Source: Kiritimatiellia bacterium
Lineage (GTDB): Bacteria > Verrucomicrobiota > Kiritimatiellia > CAIKKV01 > CAITUY01
Direction of reading: 5' to 3'
DNA: 46,857 bases
Assembly: GCA_044344495.1 (NCBI GenBank)
Contig: JBIJCW010000001.1
Location: forward strand, 1 to 46,857
Positions 35,871 through 43,567 of this stretch are shown piece after piece (positions within the stretch are counted from its first letter, which is position 1; every line of letters begins with the position of its first letter). The notes beneath the pieces were generated by a model. That model did not search any database. It saw only the letters and a list, made by a program, of their open reading frames with translations, and was not told the DNA's origin. Made by a program: the position numbers and the translations under genes.

Positions 35871-36066
35871 GGAAAGAGAAGAATTTGAACAGAAGTCGCG
35901 AAGCTCGCGAAGGGCACAGGCGGCGTTTACGCCGCCTGTGGCGGGTTCAGGTTAAAAATCAACATCGTCCATTAGTATAAGGAACCAGCATGTTATTCCG
36001 CGAAGCGTAACCATACCCCCCCCCTTCGCGGGCTTTGCGACTTCTGTTCAAATTCTCTTCTTTTCC
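35871..36066. repeat. MITE-like palindromic element (~196 bp) with ~43-nt terminal inverted repeats and an internal 11-bp hairpin
   Basis: The left arm, 35871-35913, is GGAAAGAGAAGAATTTGAACAGAAGTCGCGAAGCTCGCGAAGG. The reverse complement of the right arm, 36023-36066, is GGAAAAGAAGAGAATTTGAACAGAAGTCGCAAAGCCCGCGAAGG. The inner hairpin is CACAGGCGGCG-TTTA-CGCCGCCTGTG (35915-35940), and the core is AT-rich. Confidence 0.8.
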
Positions 36067-36203
36067 TGATGAAAATATATGTGTCTGTATATGCCCGCCG
36101 GCATGAAATATTGGGGTTTTGACAAACTTTCAGAATATTGTCATGCGCCCGTCACTGGCCAATAGCGTTGACTCCGGCCTGTGTTCGGGTATCCTTTTCC
36201 GCC

Positions 36204-37481
36204 ATGAACATTCTTGTTGTGGGCGGAGGGGGCCGTGAACATACCCTCGTGTGGAAACTGGTGAATGACAGTCGACGGCCGAAGGTGTTTTGCGCGCCCG
36301 GCAATGCCGGCACGGCGGAACTCGCCACGAATCTGGATATCGGCGCCGAGGATATTCCGGCGCTCCTGGACTGGGCACGGGCGCACCGGCCCGACCTGAC
36401 GGTGGTGGGCCCCGAAGCCCCCTTGTGCGCGGGATTGGTGGATCTCCTGGAAAAGGAGGGATTGAAGGCCTTTGGTCCCTCACGGGCCGCAGCCCAGATC
36501 GAGGGCAGCAAGGTATTCGCCAAGGACATCATGGTGGCCGCCGGGGTGCCGACGGCGAAGGCGAGCTTCTTTACCGATGCGGCGCAGGCGCTGGACTTCG
36601 TGCGTTCCATCGGCGCGCCGCTGGTGATCAAGGCCGAGGGGTTGGCGGCGGGCAAAGGGGTGACGGTCTGCACAACCCTGGAGGAGGCTGAACGTGCGGT
36701 ACGGGAATCCCTTGTGGATGGCGCCTTCGGCGAGGCTGGCCAGCGCATCCTCGTGGAAGAATTCCTGGAGGGCGAGGAGGCATCCATCCTGGCGCTGACC
36801 GACGGGAAGCGGGTGGTGTTGCTGGCCACGGCCCAGGACCACAAACGGGTCTTTGATAACGATCAGGGGCCCAATACAGGCGGCATGGGCGCCTATTCGC
36901 CGGCACCGGTGGTTACGGCGGAGATGTTCCCCGCCATCGAGCGCGACGTGTTCGGACCGACGTTGGCGGAGCTTGAACTGCGTGGCATCCACTACAAGGG
37001 AGTGCTGTATGCGGGACTGATGATGACCAAGAAGGGGCCCAAGGTTCTGGAGTTCAACTGCCGCTTTGGCGATCCCGAGACGCAGGTGATTATTCCGCGC
37101 CTTGCCGGCGACCTGATTCCCGCGCTGGAGGCGTGCATCGACGGGACCCTGCGTCCGGATCTGGTGACCTGGCGTCCGGAAGCCTGCGTGTGTGTGGTGA
37201 TGGCGGCGGGTGGATACCCGGGGACCTACCGGAAGGGCGATGAAATCCGGGGGCTCAAGGAGGCGGCGAAGGTCAAGCAGGCGGTGGTATTCCATGCGGG
37301 GACGGCGTTGAGCAACGGGCGCGTGGTGACGGCCGGCGGGCGGGTGCTGGGGGTGACGGCGCTGGGCAGTGGATTGAAGGAAGCGGTGGACAACGCCTAT
37401 GAGGCGGTGACCCGGATCGATTTTGACGGGGCCATCTACCGCACGGACATCGCGGCGAAGGCGTTTGGGAGGAAACAGTAA
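36204..37481 (+). CDS. purD: Phosphoribosylamine-glycine ligase
   Basis: The sequence reads MNILVVGGGGREH.L.WKL, PGN.G, VVGPE.PL, SK.FAK..M, VIKA.GLAAGKGV, GPNTGGMGAYSP and FN.RFGDPE. Confidence 0.95.
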   Translation: MNILVVGGGGREHTLVWKLVNDSRRPKVFCAPGNAGTAELATNLDIGAEDIPALLDWARAHRPDLTVVGPEAPLCAGLVDLLEKEGLKAFGPSRAAAQIEGSKVFAKDIMVAAGVPTAKASFFTDAAQALDFVRSIGAPLVIKAEGLAAGKGVTVCTTLEEAERAVRESLVDGAFGEAGQRILVEEFLEGEEASILALTDGKRVVLLATAQDHKRVFDNDQGPNTGGMGAYSPAPVVTAEMFPAIERDVFGPTLAELELRGIHYKGVLYAGLMMTKKGPKVLEFNCRFGDPETQVIIPRLAGDLIPALEACIDGTLRPDLVTWRPEACVCVVMAAGGYPGTYRKGDEIRGLKEAAKVKQAVVFHAGTALSNGRVVTAGGRVLGVTALGSGLKEAVDNAYEAVTRIDFDGAIYRTDIAAKAFGRKQ

Positions 37482-37574
37482 GGGGATTAACCCTCTTGCT
37501 TTGTGTCCGTCGTGAACTTCGTGGTTAAGTCTTGTTTGTTCGAGTGGCGGAAAGCGAAGGAGAGAAAGGGACTC

Positions 37575-38090
37575 ATGAGTACAGCAGAAGTGGCGTTGGT
37601 GATGGGGAGTGATTCGGATTGGCCGCTCTTGGAGGACGCCGTTGGTGTTCTGGCCAAGTTTGAGGTGGAGAGTGAAGTGCGCGTCATGTCGGCGCACCGG
37701 ACGCCGGATCTGGCGGCGACGTTTGCCAAGCAGGCGGCGGGGCGCGGGCTCAAGGTGATCATTGCCGCGGCGGGCGGGGCGGCGCATCTGGCGGGCGTCA
37801 TTGCGGCGCATACGACGTTGCCGGTCATTGGGATTCCGGTGCCGAGCAATCTCATGGGCGGCATGGATTCGTTGTTGTCCACGGTACAGATGCCGGCGGG
37901 GATTCCCGTGGCGACGGTGGCGGTGGGCAAGAGTGGGGCCACGAATGCGGCGCTATTGGCCATCCAGATTCTGGCGCTGGGGAACCCGGCGCTGACGCGC
38001 AAGTTGGTTCTACACAAGAAGACACTTGGCGACAAGGTGAAGACCGGTAACGCGCGGATCCAGATTGAAGCGGCGAAGAAGAAAGCGTGA
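37575..38090 (+). CDS. purE: 5-(carboxyamino)imidazole ribonucleotide mutase (class I PurE)
   Basis: The motifs are VALVMGS.SDW, SAHRTP, IIA.AGGAAHL.GV.AA.T..PVIG.PV and S..QMP.G.PVATVA.G. The ATG at 37575 follows AAGGAGAG. Confidence 0.92.
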   Translation: MSTAEVALVMGSDSDWPLLEDAVGVLAKFEVESEVRVMSAHRTPDLAATFAKQAAGRGLKVIIAAAGGAAHLAGVIAAHTTLPVIGIPVPSNLMGGMDSLLSTVQMPAGIPVATVAVGKSGATNAALLAIQILALGNPALTRKLVLHKKTLGDKVKTGNARIQIEAAKKKA

Positions 38091-38129
38091 GGGTCAGGGG
38101 GGCTACGGATTAATAATGGGGGCAGGGTG

Positions 38130-38164
38130 GAATCCAGAATCCAGAATCCAGAATCCAGAATGGA
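38130..38164. repeat. Heptanucleotide tandem repeat (GAATCCA x4 plus degenerate GAATGGA) abutting a start codon
   Basis: Read directly. The units are at 38130, 38137, 38144 and 38151. The fifth, degenerate unit contains the ATG at 38160. Confidence 0.9.
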
Positions 38165-39158
38165 GAGCGAAGCGTTCCGGGCCGCTGGGCGTGTGAAGCG
38201 GGCGGGGGGGCTCGCTCTCGCGCTGTCCCTGCTGGTGGTTGCGCCGTATGCCGGGGCGGCCTTGAGTGTCGGGGAGATGATGCAGTTTCTGGAGGATCGC
38301 GGTCTGCCGGGCGCGTCGACCCTGGCGGCGGAAGGGGCGATTACGGGGTTGATCCGGTCGATCGATTCGGAAGCCAGGATCTGCACTCCGGAGGAAGCGG
38401 CGTCCATCCGTGCCCAGTGGACGGGGGTGGACCAGAGCGGGGGTACCAACGGAGGGGGGGCCGGTTCGGTGGACACGTTTGAAGCCTGGCCTGAAGGGCT
38501 GGCCTATTTAAAAATCAGGGGGCTTTACCGCGGTGGCGGCGTGGAGATCATGGGGCACTTGCGGACATTGTCGGAGGGGTCGGGGGTGATCATGGACCTC
38601 CGGGGGACGGATGGGGCCGACTTGGATGCCGTGGTGGCATTGGCGAGTCCGTTCTATTGTGCCGGGGATGTGCTTTTCCGTGTGGAGAACCGGGCGGGGG
38701 TGCCGCTGGAAACCCATGTGGCGGGCGAGGTGGCTTCGTTGAAGACGCCGTTGATGGTGCTGATTGATCATGACACGCGCTGTGCGGCGGAAACCCTGGT
38801 GGCGTTATGGAATGGCAAGCCGGGCGTCATGTTGATTGGCGAGTCCACGCGGGGGGATACCGGGGTGCGTGACCTGCTGCCCTTGCCGGACGGGCGCTTC
38901 CTGTATATGGCCACGAAAAAGCTGGTCCCGGTGGCGACGGCGTATGGGGCGAAAGGGGTGCGGCCTGATGTGGTGGTGGATGCGAGGGTTGGAGGCGTGA
39001 CGCCACTGGTGCCTGTGCCCGGCCACGGCCGCCCGCTCAGTGCGAAGTCGGTGGAAGACCGGGACTTGATGATGCGGGTGGATTCCGATCCGGCCCTGAG
39101 GCGGGGAACGGACATCCTGCTGGCGTTACGGGCGATGAACGACCATGGCAGGCATTGA
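38160..39158 (+). CDS. Secreted S41 (C-terminal processing peptidase)-like protein with apparently substituted catalytic dyad
   Basis: A signal-peptide-like N-terminus is present (GGLALALSLLVVAPYAGAA). The S41 core pattern is AYLKIR......., DLRGTDGADLD, LMVLIDHDTRCAAETLV, LIGESTRGDTGV and LPDGR. Cys and Asp stand where the Ser/Lys dyad would be, in my by-eye alignment to Tsp SASASE/TFGKG. Confidence 0.6.
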   Translation: MESEAFRAAGRVKRAGGLALALSLLVVAPYAGAALSVGEMMQFLEDRGLPGASTLAAEGAITGLIRSIDSEARICTPEEAASIRAQWTGVDQSGGTNGGGAGSVDTFEAWPEGLAYLKIRGLYRGGGVEIMGHLRTLSEGSGVIMDLRGTDGADLDAVVALASPFYCAGDVLFRVENRAGVPLETHVAGEVASLKTPLMVLIDHDTRCAAETLVALWNGKPGVMLIGESTRGDTGVRDLLPLPDGRFLYMATKKLVPVATAYGAKGVRPDVVVDARVGGVTPLVPVPGHGRPLSAKSVEDRDLMMRVDSDPALRRGTDILLALRAMNDHGRH

Positions 39159-40206
39159 TCCCATCATCATTTCCGTGGATGCCAGGCGGCCCGACCCCGC
39201 GGCGATCCGGCGTGCCGTTAAGGTGTTGCGTGCCGGGGGGCTTGTGATTGTTCCCACGGAGACGGTGTACGGGCTGGCTGCGGATCCAGGAGTGGAGGGG
39301 GCGGAGGATCGCATTTATGAGGCCAAAGGGCGGGATCGGGGAAAACCCATTCCCCTGCTGGCGACCAGTCTGGAGGCGGTGGTGCGGTGGGGCGGGATCT
39401 TTTCGCGTCATGCGCGGCGGCTGGCGCGGCGGTACTGGCCGGGGCCCCTGACCCTGGTGCTGCCCTGTGGTGATCGGACGGAGGGATTCAGGGTGCCGGA
39501 CCATGCCGTGACGCAGGCGTTGCTCAAGGCGGCGGGGGGTGTGTTGCGGGTGACCAGCGCCAATGTGAGCGGGGATCCGGCGGCGAAGAATGCGCAGGAG
39601 GCGCTGGCGGCTTTGGGCGACCGGGTGGGATTGGTGTTGGACGCGGGGCCGGCGGCGATGGGCCGGGAGAGTACGGTGGTGGATGCCGTCGGCGAGGTTG
39701 TGCGTGTCCTGCGAGAGGGTGCGCTTCCGGCGGATCGGATTCTGGCCAAGCCCCTGGCCCTGTTTGTCTGTACGGGCAATATCTGCCGGAGTCCGATGGC
39801 GGAGCATCTCCTGCGCCGGTGGCTGGGGCCGGACAGTCCCTGGGAGGTGGGATCCGCCGGAGTGTCGACTGTGGATGGGTTGGCGGCCAGTGAGGAGGCG
39901 GTGGTGGCGATGGAGGATGCGGGGCTGGATGCGTCGGGGCACAGGAGCCGGCGCCTGACCCTGGCGCTGGTTGACGCCGCCGACCTGGTTGTGGTAATGA
40001 CCGACGCGCACCGCCGCATCGTCCTCGGCCAGTTTCCTGGAGCCCGCCACAAGGTGGTTCTGTTGAATGCGTTCAACAGTGTCCGGCGGAACGAGGATGT
40101 GGAGGATCCCATCGGGATGTCGATTGATGTCTACCGGCAGACGCGGGATGAGATGAATGCGGCCATGCCGGATCTGGTGTTGCATTTGCATGAATTGCTT
40201 CAATAA
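39145..40206 (+). CDS. Fusion protein: L-threonylcarbamoyladenylate synthase (TsaC/YwlC, YrdC domain) plus low-molecular-weight phosphatase (YwlE/LMW-PTP type)
   Basis: The N-terminus has PTETVYGLAAD, KGR...KP.PLL, WPGPLTLVL, TSAN.SG and STVVD. The C-terminus has LFVCTGNICRSPMAE (CX5R P-loop) and a DPIG Asp loop. The gene overlaps the preceding gene by 14 nt. Confidence 0.85.
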   Translation: MAGIDPIIISVDARRPDPAAIRRAVKVLRAGGLVIVPTETVYGLAADPGVEGAEDRIYEAKGRDRGKPIPLLATSLEAVVRWGGIFSRHARRLARRYWPGPLTLVLPCGDRTEGFRVPDHAVTQALLKAAGGVLRVTSANVSGDPAAKNAQEALAALGDRVGLVLDAGPAAMGRESTVVDAVGEVVRVLREGALPADRILAKPLALFVCTGNICRSPMAEHLLRRWLGPDSPWEVGSAGVSTVDGLAASEEAVVAMEDAGLDASGHRSRRLTLALVDAADLVVVMTDAHRRIVLGQFPGARHKVVLLNAFNSVRRNEDVEDPIGMSIDVYRQTRDEMNAAMPDLVLHLHELLQ

Positions 40207-40221
40207 CACGCAAGGAAGAAC

Positions 40222-41907
40222 ATGATGAAAATAGCGATTGGCGCGGACCATGGCGGTTTTGAGTTGAAAGCCTACTTGACCGGATGGCTCCGGGAGCGCG
40301 GGATCACGGTAGAGGATGTGGGTTGTTACAGCAACGAGGCGGCGGACTATCCCGACTATGCCCGACTGGTGGCGGTGATGGTGTCCGAAGGGTTGGTGGA
40401 CCAGGGTATCCTGATCTGCCGGACGGGGCTGGGGATGAGCATGGCGGCCAACAAGTTCCCGCGGGTGCGCGCGGCGTTGTGTCTGACGCCGGACATGGGG
40501 CGGGTGGCCCGGGTTCATAACAACGCCAATGTGTTGGTGCTTGGGAGCGATAACAGCACCCACGACAAGGTCGAGGGCATTGTCAAGGCGTGGTGCGATG
40601 CCCGGTTTGAGGGTGAAGAGCGGCACCAGCGGCGCGTGGACAAGATTGGCGCCATGGGGGGGGCGGCGGTGGAGATGGCGTCGGTCGGCCTGACGGATCC
40701 TGAGATTTATGAGGCGCTCAAGGGCGAGGAGGATCGCGAACAGAAGACGCTGGATCTGATCGCCTCCGAGAACTACGCCAGCCGGGCGGTACGCGAGGCG
40801 CAGGGCTCGCTGATGACCAACAAGTATGCGGAAGGTTATCCGGGCAAGCGGTACTACAACGGGTGCGAGTTTGTCGATGTGGCCGAGCGTCTGGCGATTG
40901 AGCGGGCCAAGGCCCTGTTCGGGGCCGAGCATGCGAATGTCCAGCCGCATTGCGGGAGTTCGGCCAACATGGCGGTTTACTTTGCGGTGTTGCAGCCGGG
41001 CGACACGATTCTGGCCATGAGTCTGGCGCATGGCGGGCACCTGACGCACGGGCACAAGGTCAACTTTTCAGGGCGTCTTTTCAACATCGTCTCCTACGGG
41101 GTCAACAAGACGACGGAGGTGATTGATTACGACGAGGTGGCGGGGCTGGCGAAACAGCACAAGCCAAAGTTGATTGTTGCCGGCGCCAGTGCCTATCCGC
41201 GGGTGCTCGAGTTTGCGCGGTTGCGCCAGATTGCCGACAGTGTCGGCGCCCTGTTGATGGTGGATATGGCCCACATTGCCGGCCTGATTGCCGCCGGGGT
41301 GCATCCCAACCCTGTTCCCTACAGCGACTTTGTGACGACCACCACGCACAAGACGTTGCGCGGCCCGCGCAGCGGCATGATCCTGTGCCGGGCGGCCCAC
41401 GCCCAGGAAATCGACAAAACGGTATTCCCGGGGTTGCAGGGCGGCCCGCTGATGCATACGATTGCCGCCAAGGCCGTGTGTTTCAAGGAAGCCGCGTCGC
41501 CGGACTTCAAGGCCTACCAGCGGCAGGTGGTGGCCAATGCAAGGCTTCTGGCGGAGTATCTTTCCAAGCACGGGATGCGGATGGTGTCGGGCGGCACGGA
41601 CAACCACCTGATGCTGGTGGATCTGACGGGTATTGGCAGTACCGGCAAGGATGCGGCGGTGGCCTTGGAGAAGGCGGGAATCGTGGTCAACAAGAACGCG
41701 ATCCCGTTTGATACCAAGCCGCCGGCGGTGACCTCCGGCATTCGCATCGGGACCCCGGCGTTGACCACGCGGGGTCTCAAGGATGCCGAGATGACGCTGT
41801 TGGGGCAGTGGATTGTGGACGCGGTCAAGCATCAGGGGGATGAGAAACGGCTGGAGAAGATCCGGGGCGAGGTCCAGGCGCTGGCCCTGCGTTTCCCGAT
41901 ACCGTGA
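40222..41907 (+). CDS. glyA: Fusion protein: ribose-5-phosphate isomerase B (RpiB/LacAB) plus serine hydroxymethyltransferase
   Basis: Residues 1 to about 145 read [15 protein letters not shown]....G.........DYPD......V....D.GIL.C.TG.GMS.AANK..GVRAA, then NNANVL..G and RH.RR. From about residue 160 the sequence reads [40 protein letters not shown] and [13 protein letters not shown]. It is a single uninterrupted ORF in the track. Confidence 0.9.
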   Translation: MMKIAIGADHGGFELKAYLTGWLRERGITVEDVGCYSNEAADYPDYARLVAVMVSEGLVDQGILICRTGLGMSMAANKFPRVRAALCLTPDMGRVARVHNNANVLVLGSDNSTHDKVEGIVKAWCDARFEGEERHQRRVDKIGAMGGAAVEMASVGLTDPEIYEALKGEEDREQKTLDLIASENYASRAVREAQGSLMTNKYAEGYPGKRYYNGCEFVDVAERLAIERAKALFGAEHANVQPHCGSSANMAVYFAVLQPGDTILAMSLAHGGHLTHGHKVNFSGRLFNIVSYGVNKTTEVIDYDEVAGLAKQHKPKLIVAGASAYPRVLEFARLRQIADSVGALLMVDMAHIAGLIAAGVHPNPVPYSDFVTTTTHKTLRGPRSGMILCRAAHAQEIDKTVFPGLQGGPLMHTIAAKAVCFKEAASPDFKAYQRQVVANARLLAEYLSKHGMRMVSGGTDNHLMLVDLTGIGSTGKDAAVALEKAGIVVNKNAIPFDTKPPAVTSGIRIGTPALTTRGLKDAEMTLLGQWIVDAVKHQGDEKRLEKIRGEVQALALRFPIP

Positions 41908-41935
41908 TGGCGAGGCGAGGCGGAGGAAGGTGGCG

Positions 41936-42466
41936 ATGATTCTTCGTGATCTAACCAAAGGCGAGATGGCAGTGGTGGAGCAGTTGGGCCACCCGCATCA
42001 GGTAACCCGCGGTGAATGGATCGTGAGGGAGGGTGATGTGGGCCAGTCCTTCTTCCTGGTGATCAGCGGGCGCGTGGAAGTGCGTAAGAGCCTTGGCGCG
42101 GACAAGTACAAGAAACTGGTTGAGTTGGGGCCCCTGGATATTTTCGGCGAGGTGTGTTTCCTCGGGGTGGAGACCCGGTCGGCGGGGGTGATGGCGCTGG
42201 ATCCGACATTGGTGATGGAATTCGGGCGGGCGGAGTTTGAGAAGTTGATTGAGGTGCATCCGGCGATCGGGTTGAAACTCTACCGGGGGATCGCGTGCGA
42301 GTTGGCCCAACGCCTGGCCCGGGTGGACAGCGAACTCAAGGATGCGCTGGTGTGGGCGCTGGGGGACACGCGGACCTCGATGGATCCCGGGGTCATTTCG
42401 GCGCGCAAACTGAACTTGGCACCGTTGCCCGCCAGCGGAGGCAATGCCAGGATCGTCTTCGAGTAA
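41936..42466 (+). CDS. Cyclic nucleotide-binding domain protein
   Basis: The CAP/cNMP fold pattern is G..I.REGD.G.SFFLV.SG.V.V.K, with ....FGE...L......A.V.A. No obvious output domain is present. The ATG at 41936 follows GGAGGA. Confidence 0.75.
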   Translation: MILRDLTKGEMAVVEQLGHPHQVTRGEWIVREGDVGQSFFLVISGRVEVRKSLGADKYKKLVELGPLDIFGEVCFLGVETRSAGVMALDPTLVMEFGRAEFEKLIEVHPAIGLKLYRGIACELAQRLARVDSELKDALVWALGDTRTSMDPGVISARKLNLAPLPASGGNARIVFE

Positions 42467-42468
42467 AG

Positions 42469-43122
42469 ATGAACCCGCGCGACATCCCCTTCGTTCACCG
42501 GCGTCTGAAGGCGCATTTCGAATCCACGCTGAGTCCGGTGGCGGCCTTCATGGTGGCGCGCACGAATGATCCCTACCGTGTCCTGGTGGCCACGATCCTC
42601 AGTTCGCGGACCAAGGACCAGACGACGGAGGTTGTGTCGCGGCGTCTGTTTGAGGTGGCACCGACGGCGGCGGCGCTTCGTGGCATACCCGTTGCCCGCC
42701 TGGAAGTCCTGTTACGCCCCGTCGGTTTTTTCCGGACCAAGGCGCGCCTGCTGAAGCAACTTCCGGATGTCCTGGATGAACGCTTCGGCGGTCGCATTCC
42801 GGAGACGGTGGAGGAACTGGTGTGTCTGCCGGGGGTGGGGCGCAAGACGGCCAACCTGGTGGTGTCGGAGGCGTTTGACCGGCCGGGCATTTGTGTGGAT
42901 GTGCATGTGCACCGGATCTGCAACCGGCTGGGATTGATCAAGACCGGGACGCCCGAAGCGACGGAAATGACGTTGCGGCGCCTGTTGCCTCTCCGCTACT
43001 GGAAGACGTGGAACCGTTACCTGGTGGCGTTCGGGCAAACCTTGTGTACGCCGCGGAATCCCAAGTGCGCGGGTTGCCCGGTGCAGACGCGGTGCGATAC
43101 GGGTTTGGGGATGGTTCGGTAA
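42469..43122 (+). CDS. nth: Endonuclease III (HhH-GPD DNA glycosylase with a 4Fe-4S cluster)
   Basis: The sequence has PY.VLVATILS.RTKD, the HhH motif LPGVGRKTANLV, VDVHV.R..NRLG, and the C-terminal C-x6-C-x2-C-x5-C (CTPRNPKCAGCPVQTRC). Confidence 0.9.
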   Translation: MNPRDIPFVHRRLKAHFESTLSPVAAFMVARTNDPYRVLVATILSSRTKDQTTEVVSRRLFEVAPTAAALRGIPVARLEVLLRPVGFFRTKARLLKQLPDVLDERFGGRIPETVEELVCLPGVGRKTANLVVSEAFDRPGICVDVHVHRICNRLGLIKTGTPEATEMTLRRLLPLRYWKTWNRYLVAFGQTLCTPRNPKCAGCPVQTRCDTGLGMVR

Positions 43123-43150
43123 ACAATCGGTGATTCATGGAGGGGCGGTT

Positions 43151-43567
43151 ATGATGAAGACCATTGGCGGCAAGTTGGCGATGTTGGCGGCGGTGTCGGG
43201 TCTGGCGATGTGTTTTGCCTGCGCGAAGCAGGAGCCGGTGAGTCATTTCGTCATTCTGCCGCGGAGCGGGCAGGCTGAAATCGCCGCGGCGGATATTGAA
43301 AAACTGCGGGTAACGCTGGATGCGGTTGGCGAGCATTACAAGATGACGAAGAAGCAGGCCGGGCAAGTGGGCATCATCCGTTACTACGCCCCCAACGACG
43401 ACTACGAGATCGGGTTTTACGCCAAGCGCGAGGCATCCTGCCTGAAGGTGTATGCGATTCCGATGACGCCGTCGGTTACGGGGTCGAAGAACTTTTTGGC
43501 CTTCCGGCAGAACCTGGCGAATGTACTGTCGGGGGCGTTTCCTGGCCGGGTCTCCGTGGTGAAGTAG
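43151..43567 (+). CDS. Small exported protein or putative lipoprotein, hypothetical
   Basis: GGAGGGG lies upstream of the ATG at 43151. A signal-like N-terminus (MMKTIGGKLAMLAAVSGLAMCFAC) contains Cys candidates for lipidation. I recognise no family. Confidence 0.5.
   Translation: MMKTIGGKLAMLAAVSGLAMCFACAKQEPVSHFVILPRSGQAEIAAADIEKLRVTLDAVGEHYKMTKKQAGQVGIIRYYAPNDDYEIGFYAKREASCLKVYAIPMTPSVTGSKNFLAFRQNLANVLSGAFPGRVSVVK

Noticed and set aside
35351-35917. Track ORFs 35351..35866(+), 35364..35831(-) and 35648..35917(-) as protein-coding genes.
   Set aside because: They overlap one another on both strands because the DNA is palindromic. They lack RBS and start context and contain low-complexity runs derived from the CACAGAGG repeats. 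They are better explained as inverted-repeat DNA.
36125-36203. A possible ZTP (pfl) or other purine-pathway riboswitch upstream of purD, suggested by GTCACTGGCC, which vaguely resembles the ZTP UGACUGGCG core.
   Set aside because: The second conserved half of the motif (CCGCCUGGGC-like pseudoknot partner) is absent and the spacing to the ATG is too short. An Infernal scan would be needed to revive this.
36480-38476. Two long minus-strand ORFs (443 aa and 329 aa) over purD, purE and the S41-like gene.
   Set aside because: They lie opposite purD and purE, which are unambiguous. The products are Arg/Pro/His-rich or Ala/Pro/Ser-rich with no motifs.
39037-41055. A 672-aa ORF on the minus strand spanning the TsaC::PTP and RpiB::GlyA genes.
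   Set aside because: Its composition is extremely Arg/Pro/His/Gln-rich with no domain signature. It overlaps two genes with unmistakable conserved motifs on the + strand, so it is a shadow ORF.
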